From: an uncultured Flavobacterium sp. | GTDB taxonomy: Bacteria; Bacteroidota; Bacteroidia; Flavobacteriales; Flavobacteriaceae | NCBI GenBank assembly: GCA_963511475.1 | Contig: CAUPJC010000001.1 | Coordinates: forward strand, 184,436 to 248,435 | Direction of reading: 5' to 3' | DNA length: 64,000 nt | In this document: piece after piece, positions 10,511 through 18,870 of the stretch | Numbering within the stretch: position 1 is the first letter of the stretch | How the letters are laid out: every line of letters starts with the position of its first letter | Notes under the pieces: generated by a model | The model's database searches: none | Seen by the model: the letters and a program-made list of their open reading frames with translations, nothing else | What the model was told of the DNA's origin: nothing | Translations under genes and position numbers: made by a program

Positions 10511-11027
10511 TAAAGTTATATACGCCATTTATAATGACGATGATATTTTGATGGATGCTGTAAAAAAGACACGTGCAGCTCATCACCATATTGAAGAAGT
10601 ATTTACGCCTTTTCCAGTTCACGGATTGGACAAAGCAATGGGTCTTGCACCTACACGTTTAGCGATATGTGCTTTTATCTATGGTTTGTGTGGTTTGTCC
10701 TTTGGAACTTGGATGATGAATTATATCATGATTCAAGATTGGCCTCAAGATATTGGTGGAAAACCAAGTTTTAGCTATATCGATAATATGCCGGCTTTCG
10801 TGCCTATTATGTTTGAAGAAACAGTTTTTTTTGCTGCTCACTTAATGGTTATTACTTTTTATATGAGAAGTAGATTGTGGCCATTTAAAGAAGCTGAAAA
10901 TCCTGATGTAAGAACTACTGATGATCACTTTTTGATGGAAGTAGCGATTAATAATAATGAAGAAGAACTAGTTTCTTTCTTTGAAGGAACAGGTGCGGTA
11001 GAAGTTAAAGTAATTGAAAAGCATTAA
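10503..11027 (+). CDS. actD: ACIII subunit ActD (DUF3341-like)
   Basis: PFPVHGLD motif, two TM segments, position in the operon. Confidence 0.88.
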   Translation: MSNKVIYAIYNDDDILMDAVKKTRAAHHHIEEVFTPFPVHGLDKAMGLAPTRLAICAFIYGLCGLSFGTWMMNYIMIQDWPQDIGGKPSFSYIDNMPAFVPIMFEETVFFAAHLMVITFYMRSRLWPFKEAENPDVRTTDDHFLMEVAINNNEEELVSFFEGTGAVEVKVIEKH

Positions 11028-11035
11028 TTGTAGAT

Positions 11036-11584
11036 ATGAAAAGTTTATATAAAATAACACTTGTACTGGGTTTAATGATAACGGTTTCATCTTGTTTTAA
11101 TAAGGATAAGCCGAATTATCAATATTTTCCAAATATGTATGAAGCTGTAAGTGCTGAAACTTATGCTACTGCTCCAGTTGATGTATTTAAAAATGGTCAA
11201 GAAGCGCAGCTTCCAGCTGTTGGTTCAATAAATAGAGGTTTTGAGCCATTCGAATACGAAAATTCTCCAGAAGGATATGCTTTGTCTAAGGCTAATTTAA
11301 AATCTCCTTTAGATTCATTAGATAGAGGTTCTGACAAAGGAAAAGAACTTTATGAAATATATTGCATTAGCTGTCACGGTGAGGCAGGTGATGGTAAAGG
11401 AAAATTAGTCGAAAGAGAAAAATTTCTTGGTGTTCCTAATTACAAAGACAGAGACATTACTGAAGGAAGTATTTTTTATGTGGAAACTTATGGTTTGAAT
11501 GCCATGGGTTCGCATGCTAATCAAATGAGTGCTCACGAACGTTGGTTAGTTGCTGACTATGTTCTTAAACTAAAAGCACAATAA
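11036..11584 (+). CDS. actE: ACIII monoheme cytochrome c lipoprotein ActE
   Basis: Lipobox VSSC, heme motif CISCH, axial Met region NAMGS. Confidence 0.9.
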   Translation: MKSLYKITLVLGLMITVSSCFNKDKPNYQYFPNMYEAVSAETYATAPVDVFKNGQEAQLPAVGSINRGFEPFEYENSPEGYALSKANLKSPLDSLDRGSDKGKELYEIYCISCHGEAGDGKGKLVEREKFLGVPNYKDRDITEGSIFYVETYGLNAMGSHANQMSAHERWLVADYVLKLKAQ

Positions 11585-11614
11585 TAATTGTTGAACAAAC
11601 TGATCGTAATAGAT

Positions 11615-12991
11615 ATGTATACATTTTCAAGTAAATTAAAAACTTTTTCTTTCGTCTTAATGGCTGTGGGCATTTTGGGAATTGGATATGGTTTTTTGAC
11701 TGCACCAAAAAATATTCAAGAAGTAGAAGCTCTTCTTGCTGCTGACTCTCATGGAGGTCACGGTGAAGGGAATCATGAAGCAGTTTCATCTGCACATGGT
11801 TCTGAAAGTGCTCATGAAGCTGTGGCACCAGAGCATGGTAAAGCAGAGGCTGGAAAGCATGATGTAAAAGCTGATACTGAACACCAAGAACATTTAGAGC
11901 ATGTGTTTCATCAATTAAGCAATAAGCCATGGGCGGCATTTTATGTAGCTTGTATTTTCTTTATGTTGCTTTCTTTGGGGACTTTGGCTTTTTACGCTAT
12001 TCAACAAGTTGCACAAGCAGGTTGGTCTCCAGTTTTGTTTAGAGTTATGCAGGGGATTACTGCTTACTTGCCAGTAGGTTCAGTGATATTTTTCATCTTT
12101 TTGGTACTTTGCGGACTACACTTAAACCATTTGTTTATTTGGTTAGATCCTGAAGTTGTAAAACACGACGAACTTATTCAGACAAAATCTGGTTTCTTGA
12201 ATTTTCCTTTCTGGATTGTTAGAGCGGCTATATTTTTAGCAGGATGGAATGCATATCGTTATTTTTCAAGAAAAAATTGTTTGGCTCAAGATGAATCAAA
12301 TGACAATAGTTTCTACAAAAAGAATTTTAACTATTCTGCTGGATTTTTAGTATTCTTCATCGTTACTGAATCTATTATGTCTTGGGATTGGATTATGTCT
12401 ATTGATCCACACTGGTTCAGTACTTTGTTTGGGTGGTATGTATTTGCAAGTTTCTTTGTAAGCGGTATTACTATGATTTGTATGGTAACTGTTTACTTAA
12501 AATCAAGAGGATATTTAGAGAATGTAAATTCAAGCCATATTCATGATTTAGCTAAATTTATGTTTGGTATCAGCGTATTTTGGACTTACTTATGGTTTTC
12601 TCAATTTATGTTGATTTGGTATGCTAATATTCCTGAAGAGATTACTTATTTTATAACAAGAATTCAAGAATATAACTTGCCTTTCTTTGGTGCAGTTGTT
12701 ATGAATTTCTTATTCCCAGTCTTAATTTTAATTAACACTGATTTCAAACGAATTACTTGGATTTTGGTTATGGCTGGTATTGTTATATTGTTAGGTCACT
12801 ATATTGACTTTTTTAATATGATTATGCCGGGTACTGTTGGAAGTAGTTGGTTTATTGGTGTTCCAGAAATTGCATCCGTTTTATTCTTCCTTGGATTATT
12901 TATTTTTGTTGTATTCTCAGCATTAACTAAAGCTCCTTTGTTAGCAAAAAGAAATCCTTTCATTGAAGAAAGTAAACATTTTCATTATTAA
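11615..12991 (+). CDS. actF: ACIII membrane subunit ActF
   Basis: Polytopic NrfD-like paralog (DWIMSIDPHWFSTLFGWY, HDLAKFMF, WYANIPEE). Start set at MYTFSS. Confidence 0.88.
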   Translation: MYTFSSKLKTFSFVLMAVGILGIGYGFLTAPKNIQEVEALLAADSHGGHGEGNHEAVSSAHGSESAHEAVAPEHGKAEAGKHDVKADTEHQEHLEHVFHQLSNKPWAAFYVACIFFMLLSLGTLAFYAIQQVAQAGWSPVLFRVMQGITAYLPVGSVIFFIFLVLCGLHLNHLFIWLDPEVVKHDELIQTKSGFLNFPFWIVRAAIFLAGWNAYRYFSRKNCLAQDESNDNSFYKKNFNYSAGFLVFFIVTESIMSWDWIMSIDPHWFSTLFGWYVFASFFVSGITMICMVTVYLKSRGYLENVNSSHIHDLAKFMFGISVFWTYLWFSQFMLIWYANIPEEITYFITRIQEYNLPFFGAVVMNFLFPVLILINTDFKRITWILVMAGIVILLGHYIDFFNMIMPGTVGSSWFIGVPEIASVLFFLGLFIFVVFSALTKAPLLAKRNPFIEESKHFHY

Positions 12992-13010
12992 TATTTAAAG
13001 AGATAAACAG

Positions 13011-14168
13011 ATGACAAGTTTGTTGGTAATTATAGTTTTAGTTTTATTGGCTGTTGCTGTTTGGCAATTGACGAAGATATTCGATTTAACGCAAGTTGCA
13101 TCGACTTCGGACAATTCGCAGGTTGCAAACGATGACGATAATAATGTACAGGGATATTTGATGTTTGGTTTTTTAGCCTTTATCTATATATTTACAATAT
13201 ACGGTGTTTATACATGGGGGCCTTTGGTTCTTCATACACCAGCATCAGATCACGGTGCCTTGATTGACAGTCTAATGAATATTACTTGGGTTTTGATTTT
13301 TGTAGTTCAGGCTATAACTCAGGTTTTATTGCATTACTTTGCTTTCAAATACAGAGGTAATAAGGATAAAAGAGCCTTGTATTTTGCAGACAACAATAAA
13401 TTGGAAGCAATTTGGAGTGTTATTCCAGCAGTTGTTTTAGCGGGATTAATTCTTTATGGTCTATATGCTTGGACAAACATTATGTTTATTGATGAAGAAG
13501 ACGACACGATAGTTGTTGAATTATATGCTCAACAATTTAAATGGACTGCTAGATATGCAGGTGCTGATAATGTTTTAGGTAAAGCAAATGTTAGATTAAT
13601 TGAAGGAGTTAATACTCTTGGAGTTGATTTGTCTGATCCTTATGCTCAAGATGATATTGTGGTTTCAGAATTACATATTCCTAAAGGAAAAAAAATACAC
13701 TTCAAAATGAGATCTCAAGACGTACTGCATTCAGCATACTTTCCTTATTTTAGAGCTCAGATGAACTGTGTACCAGGTATGGTTACTGAGTTTGCTTTTA
13801 CTCCAATTTATACAACTTCTGAATATCAAGCTTTACCTTATATGGTTGAAAAAGTTGCAAATATTAATGCAATCAGAGCTAAGAAAAGTGTAGAATTAGT
13901 TGCTAAAGGAGAGTCAGGATTAGATCCTTATACTTTTGAATATTTATTATTGTGTAATAAAATTTGTGGATCTTCTCACTATAATATGCAAATGAAAGTT
14001 GTAGTTGATACTCCTGAAGATTATAAAAAATGGTTGAGTGAAAAAACTGCTCTAGTTGCCGAAGTAAAAGCTTCTAAAGCTGAACCAGCTACGCCAGATG
14101 CTTCTTCAGCAAAAGATTCAGCTGTTGCTAAAGATACTGCAGCTGTTGTTAAAATAGCTATGAAATAA
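13011..14168 (+). CDS. coxB: Cytochrome c oxidase subunit II
   Basis: YAQQFKW, DVLHS, and CuA motif CNKICGSSHYNM. Confidence 0.95.
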   Translation: MTSLLVIIVLVLLAVAVWQLTKIFDLTQVASTSDNSQVANDDDNNVQGYLMFGFLAFIYIFTIYGVYTWGPLVLHTPASDHGALIDSLMNITWVLIFVVQAITQVLLHYFAFKYRGNKDKRALYFADNNKLEAIWSVIPAVVLAGLILYGLYAWTNIMFIDEEDDTIVVELYAQQFKWTARYAGADNVLGKANVRLIEGVNTLGVDLSDPYAQDDIVVSELHIPKGKKIHFKMRSQDVLHSAYFPYFRAQMNCVPGMVTEFAFTPIYTTSEYQALPYMVEKVANINAIRAKKSVELVAKGESGLDPYTFEYLLLCNKICGSSHYNMQMKVVVDTPEDYKKWLSEKTALVAEVKASKAEPATPDASSAKDSAVAKDTAAVVKIAMK

Positions 14169-14196
14169 TTATTAAGAAAATTTAAAGTATAAATAT

Positions 14197-15987
14197 ATGT
14201 CAGCAGAAGGTCACGATCACGATCACGAACACGAACACCACCATAAAGACACTTTCATTACTAAATATATTTTTAGTATTGATCATAAAATGATTGCTAA
14301 GCAATATTTGTTAACTGGTATCATAATGGGTGTTATCGGTATAAGTATGTCTTTGCTATTTAGAATGCAATTGGCTTGGCCAGAAGAGTCTTTCAAGATT
14401 TTTAATATTTTGTTAGGTGATAAATTTGCACCTAATGGTGTTATGGCAAATGATATTTATTTGGCCTTAGTTACTATACATGGTACCATAATGGTTTTCT
14501 TTGTATTAACTGCTGGTTTAAGCGGGACCTTTAGTAATTTATTGATACCGCTTCAGATTGGTGCTCGAGATATGGCTTCTGGTTTTATGAATATGATATC
14601 GTATTGGTTATTCTTTTTATCAAGTGTAATCATGATTTGTTCTCTTTTTGTCGAAGCTGGACCTGCCTCAGCAGGTTGGACAATTTACCCCCCTTTAAGT
14701 GCTTTGCCACAGGCTATTCCTGGATCAGGATTAGGTATGACTTTATGGTTAGTTTCTATGGCAATTTTCATAGCATCTTCATTAATGGGGTCTTTGAATT
14801 ATGTTGTTACGGTTATTAACTTAAGAACAAAAGGGATGTCAATGACAAGAATGCCTCTCACTATATGGGCTTTCTTTGTAACTGCAATTATTGGTATTAT
14901 ATCTTTTCCAGTATTATTATCAGCTGCATTGTTATTGATTTTTGATAGAAGTTTCGGTACATCTTTTTTCCTTTCTGATATCTATATAGCTGGTGAAGTG
15001 TTGCATTACCAAGGTGGTTCTCCAGTACTTTTCGAACACTTGTTTTGGTTCTTGGGTCACCCGGAAGTTTATATTGTAATCTTACCTGCTTTAGGTATTA
15101 CATCTGAAATTATTGCGACAAACTCTCGCAAACCAATTTTTGGTTACAGAGCGATGATTATGTCAATTATTGCAATTGCATTTTTATCAACGATTGTTTG
15201 GGGTCACCATATGTTTATTTCGGGTATGAATCCGTTCTTAGGATCTGTATTTACCTTTACAACATTATTGATTGCAATACCGTCTGCGGTTAAAGCTTTC
15301 AACTATATTACAACACTTTGGAAAGGAAATCTTCAAATGAATCCTGCGATGTTGTTTTCTATTGGTTTGGTTTCAACTTTCATTACAGGAGGTTTGACTG
15401 GAATTATTTTGGGAGACAGTACATTAGATATTAATGTTCACGATACTTATTTTGTTGTAGCTCACTTTCACTTGGTAATGGGTATATCTGCACTTTACGG
15501 AATGTTTGCTGGTGTTTACCACTGGTTTCCAAAAATGTTTGGTAGAATGTTGAATAAAAACTTAGGTTATGTTCACTTTTGGGTAACAGCAGTTTGTGCT
15601 TATGGTGTATTTTTCCCAATGCACTTTATTGGATTAGCTGGTTTACCAAGACGTTATTATACAAACACTAATTTTCCATTGTTTGATGATTTGCAGAACG
15701 TAAACGTATTGATTACAACTTTTGCTTTAATTGGTGGAGCATTTCAATTAGTCTTCTTATACAATTTCTTCGTTAGTATTTTTTATGGTAAAAAATCTGT
15801 TCAAAATCCATGGAAATCTAATACTTTAGAATGGACTACTCCAGTAGAGCATATCCACGGAAACTGGCCAGGAGAAATTCCGGAAGTTCACCGTTGGCCT
15901 TATGACTACAGTAATCCTGGACATGAAGAGGATTTTGTACCTCAAACTGTTCCAATGAAAGAAGGAGAAGTAGTTTTACATCACTAG
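14197..15987 (+). CDS. coxA: Cytochrome c oxidase subunit I (A1-type heme-copper oxidase)
   Basis: IHGTIM, WFLGHPEVY, WGHH, HDTYFVVAHFH, GLPRRY. Confidence 0.97.
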   Translation: MSAEGHDHDHEHEHHHKDTFITKYIFSIDHKMIAKQYLLTGIIMGVIGISMSLLFRMQLAWPEESFKIFNILLGDKFAPNGVMANDIYLALVTIHGTIMVFFVLTAGLSGTFSNLLIPLQIGARDMASGFMNMISYWLFFLSSVIMICSLFVEAGPASAGWTIYPPLSALPQAIPGSGLGMTLWLVSMAIFIASSLMGSLNYVVTVINLRTKGMSMTRMPLTIWAFFVTAIIGIISFPVLLSAALLLIFDRSFGTSFFLSDIYIAGEVLHYQGGSPVLFEHLFWFLGHPEVYIVILPALGITSEIIATNSRKPIFGYRAMIMSIIAIAFLSTIVWGHHMFISGMNPFLGSVFTFTTLLIAIPSAVKAFNYITTLWKGNLQMNPAMLFSIGLVSTFITGGLTGIILGDSTLDINVHDTYFVVAHFHLVMGISALYGMFAGVYHWFPKMFGRMLNKNLGYVHFWVTAVCAYGVFFPMHFIGLAGLPRRYYTNTNFPLFDDLQNVNVLITTFALIGGAFQLVFLYNFFVSIFYGKKSVQNPWKSNTLEWTTPVEHIHGNWPGEIPEVHRWPYDYSNPGHEEDFVPQTVPMKEGEVVLHH

Positions 15988-16005
15988 AATTTCAAAAAAA
16001 TATAT

Positions 16006-16038
16006 AAATGCCTTTCATTAATGAGAGGCATTTTTTTT
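16006..16038 (+). terminator. Intrinsic terminator of the act-cox operon
   Basis: AAATGCCTTTCA / TGAGAGGCATTT stem followed by a T run. Confidence 0.88.
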
Positions 16039-16070
16039 ATTGCAATGATTACTTTTTTTATCTTTATCGA

Positions 16071-17093
16071 ATGAATGAGAATTTAGATCCTACGAATAAT
16101 AATTTTGGCGCGGAAGAACTTGATTTTGAGAAAAGATTAAGGCCATTATCTTTTGATGATTTTGCGGGTCAAGATCAGGTGTTGGACAATCTTAAAGTTT
16201 TTGTCGCAGCAGCTAATCAGCGTAATGAAGCTTTGGATCATACGCTTTTTCATGGGCCTCCAGGTTTAGGTAAAACTACATTGGCTAATATTTTAGCAAA
16301 TGAACTTGGAGTTGGAATCAAAATTACCTCTGGACCTGTTTTGGATAAACCGGGAGATTTAGCTGGATTGCTGACAAATCTTGAAGAGCGTGATGTGTTG
16401 TTTATAGATGAGATACACCGTTTAAGTCCGATAGTTGAGGAGTATTTATATTCAGCGATGGAGGATTTCAAGATAGACATCATGATTGAGTCGGGGCCTA
16501 ATGCAAGAACAGTACAAATTAATCTGAACCCTTTTACGCTTATTGGAGCTACAACACGATCTGGTCTTTTGACTGCTCCAATGCGGGCTCGTTTCGGTAT
16601 TTCTTCAAGACTTCAATATTATACAACAGAGCTTTTGACAACTATTGTAGAACGCAGCTCCATGATTTTCAAAATGCCTATCACGATGGAAGCAGCAATT
16701 GAAATTGCTGGCAGAAGCAGAGGAACTCCTCGTATTGCTAATGCTTTGTTACGACGCGTACGTGATTTTGCCCAAATCAAAGGTAACGGAAGTATTGATA
16801 TTGAAATAGCTCGATATGCCTTAAAAGCACTTAATGTTGATGCTCACGGTTTGGATGAGATGGATAATAAAATTCTAAATACCATCATCGATAAGTTCAA
16901 AGGGGGGCCTGTTGGTCTGTCAACTTTGGCAACTGCTGTTTCCGAAAGTAGTGAAACCATCGAAGAAGTTTATGAGCCGTTTTTAATTCAGGAAGGTTTT
17001 ATTATGCGAACGCCAAGAGGTCGTGAAGTAACTGAGAAAGCTTATAAACATTTAGGAAAAATTAAAGCCAATATTCAAGGAGGCTTGTTCTAA
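16071..17093 (+). CDS. ruvB: Holliday junction branch migration helicase RuvB
   Basis: [33 protein letters not shown]. Start set at MNENLD because the ORF-track start lies inside the terminator. Confidence 0.97.
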   Translation: MNENLDPTNNNFGAEELDFEKRLRPLSFDDFAGQDQVLDNLKVFVAAANQRNEALDHTLFHGPPGLGKTTLANILANELGVGIKITSGPVLDKPGDLAGLLTNLEERDVLFIDEIHRLSPIVEEYLYSAMEDFKIDIMIESGPNARTVQINLNPFTLIGATTRSGLLTAPMRARFGISSRLQYYTTELLTTIVERSSMIFKMPITMEAAIEIAGRSRGTPRIANALLRRVRDFAQIKGNGSIDIEIARYALKALNVDAHGLDEMDNKILNTIIDKFKGGPVGLSTLATAVSESSETIEEVYEPFLIQEGFIMRTPRGREVTEKAYKHLGKIKANIQGGLF

Positions 17094-17097
17094 TTGT

Positions 17098-17190
17098 AAG
17101 GAGCTGTTTCTAGTAACTATCTTTTTCTCCTTATAGGAATTCAGGAAAAGAATGCCGTTCCGTCAAGAGAAAGAAACTGGCGAAGCAATA
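17098..17190. repeat. Degenerate intergenic dispersed repeat or ncRNA-like element
   Basis: GGAGCTGTTTC...TATCTTTTT...AAAAGAATGCCGTTCC layout with an imperfect central hairpin. Shares a 15-mer with 3078-3092. From memory it resembles the Rfam Flavo-1 motif; not verified. Confidence 0.4.
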
Positions 17191-17236
17191 AGAGTCAGGA
17201 TTTTAGTTAAACAAGATTTTTTTTAAACACAAAGTT

Positions 17237-18157
17237 ATAAACAATAAGTCAAAATATACGCAATTTATAAAGTCCGAAGCCAAGCGCCTCGGTTTTTTGT
17301 CCTGTGGCATCTCAAAAGCAGGTTTTCTTGAGCAAGAAGCACCACGTTTAGAAAACTGGCTTAATAAAAATTATAATGGACAAATGGCTTACATGGCAAA
17401 TAACTTTGACAAGCGTTTGGATCCTACTTTATTGGTAGATGATGCAAAAAGTGTGGTTTCGCTTTTATTGAATTATTATCCTTCAGAAACTCAAAATCCT
17501 GATTCCTACAAAATCTCGAAGTATGCTTATGGGCAGGATTATCATTTTGTAATCAAAGAAAAACTTAATGAATTTCTGTTTTCAATTCAACAGAATATTG
17601 GCGAGGTTTCAGGCCGTGCCTTCGTTGATTCAGCACCAGTTTTGGATAAAGCTTGGGCTGCCAAAAGCGGTTTAGGATGGATTGGAAAAAACAGCAATCT
17701 GTTAACTCAAAAAGTAGGTTCTTTTTATTTCATAGCTGAACTTATTATTGATCTCGACTTAGAGTATGATCATGCCGTTACTGATCATTGCGGTTCCTGT
17801 ACAGCTTGTCTTGATGCTTGTCCAACAAATGCTATAGTTGCTCCGTATGTTGTTGACGGCAGCAAATGCATTTCATACTTCACTATTGAACTAAAGGAAA
17901 ATATCCCAACAGAGATGAAAGGCAAATTTGCAGATTGGGCTTTTGGGTGTGATGTCTGTCAGGATGTTTGTCCTTGGAACCGTTTTTCGAAACCACATGA
18001 TGAGCCATTGTTGAGAGCTAATCCCGAACTGCTTTCAATGTCCAAAAAAGATTGGATAGAAATTACCGAAGAAACCTTCAAAAAGGTGTTTAAAGATTCT
18101 CCTCTTAAAAGATCAAAATTCCATGGTTTAAAGAGAAATACTCTTTTTCTTGAATAA
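17237..18157 (+). CDS. queG: tRNA epoxyqueuosine(34) reductase QueG (start uncertain)
   Basis: [20 protein letters not shown], two 4Fe-4S motifs ([12 protein letters not shown]; CISY...[12 protein letters not shown]). Homologous-looking sequence extends upstream of the TTG at 17297. Confidence 0.93.
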   Translation: MNNKSKYTQFIKSEAKRLGFLSCGISKAGFLEQEAPRLENWLNKNYNGQMAYMANNFDKRLDPTLLVDDAKSVVSLLLNYYPSETQNPDSYKISKYAYGQDYHFVIKEKLNEFLFSIQQNIGEVSGRAFVDSAPVLDKAWAAKSGLGWIGKNSNLLTQKVGSFYFIAELIIDLDLEYDHAVTDHCGSCTACLDACPTNAIVAPYVVDGSKCISYFTIELKENIPTEMKGKFADWAFGCDVCQDVCPWNRFSKPHDEPLLRANPELLSMSKKDWIEITEETFKKVFKDSPLKRSKFHGLKRNTLFLE

Positions 18158-18297
18158 TTAATAGTACTGATATTTTTTTTAATTACGAATTCGGATTTTA
18201 TTTCAAATGAAAATTTTGTTTTAGAAGATTAAATTTTAATTTTTTAATTTTTGTATATCTTTTTTTTCTAATTTTAAAGTTCTAAAATTTATTCATT

Positions 18298-18723
18298 ATG
18301 ACTGTAAATCAGATATTAACAACAAAAGGAGCAGAGGTATATTCTATTGTTTCGACTTTTACCGTATTCGAAGCTTTAAGAGTTATGGGAGAAAAAAATA
18401 TAGGTGCAATTCTTGTAATTGACAATGGAGTTTTAAAAGGAATTTTATCGGAAAGGGATTATGCAAGAAAAATTGTTTTAAAAGATAAGTCTTCTAAAAA
18501 AACGCCGGTGAGTGAAATCATGGAGAGTGAAGTAATAACTGTTAAGCCTTCAGATAATTTGGAATACTGCATGGGATTAATGAGTGGAAAAAGAATAAGA
18601 CATTTACCAGTGATTGAAAATGATGTTATAATTGGACTTGTCTCTATTGGAGATGTTGTAAAATCCATAATTGAAGTCCAAAAAGAAACAATTAAGCATC
18701 TGGATTCGTATATTTCACAGTAA
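18298..18723 (+). CDS. Stand-alone tandem CBS domain protein
   Basis: Two CBS repeats (GILSERDY; IRHLPV..GLVSIGDVV). Confidence 0.9.
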   Translation: MTVNQILTTKGAEVYSIVSTFTVFEALRVMGEKNIGAILVIDNGVLKGILSERDYARKIVLKDKSSKKTPVSEIMESEVITVKPSDNLEYCMGLMSGKRIRHLPVIENDVIIGLVSIGDVVKSIIEVQKETIKHLDSYISQ

Positions 18724-18743
18724 CAATTAAATAGGGATTTTAT

Positions 18744-18776
18744 AAAATAGCTACATTCTGTGTAGCTATTTTTTTT
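18744..18776 (+). terminator. Intrinsic terminator after the CBS gene
   Basis: AAAATAGCTACA / TGTAGCTATTTT perfect stem followed by a T run. Confidence 0.9.
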
Positions 18777-18841
18777 AGTTATAAATTACTCAAAATAAAT
18801 AAAAGAATGGTTTAAAAGCTTCTGTTTTGAAGCAAGAGGTT

Positions 18842-18849
18842 TATCTTTG
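18842..18849 (+). promoter_or_regulatory. -7 element upstream of maeB
   Basis: TATCTTTG, 21 nt before the ATG at 18871. Confidence 0.55.
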
Positions 18850-18870
18850 TTACTTGATAAAAAAATAAAA

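Noticed and set aside
13687-13695. Homopolymer A tract in coxB (similar tracts in murI and elsewhere) as possible phase-variation sites
   Set aside because: Such runs are expected at this AT content, frames are intact, and the genes are core.
16008-16070. 21-aa N-terminal extension of RuvB in the ORF track
   Set aside because: It runs through the act-cox terminator hairpin and T run; MNENLD at 16071 is the plausible start.
18298-18723. Idea that the CBS protein regulates neighbouring QueG or MaeB
   Set aside because: It is separated from maeB by its own terminator and promoter, and nothing in the sequence links them.
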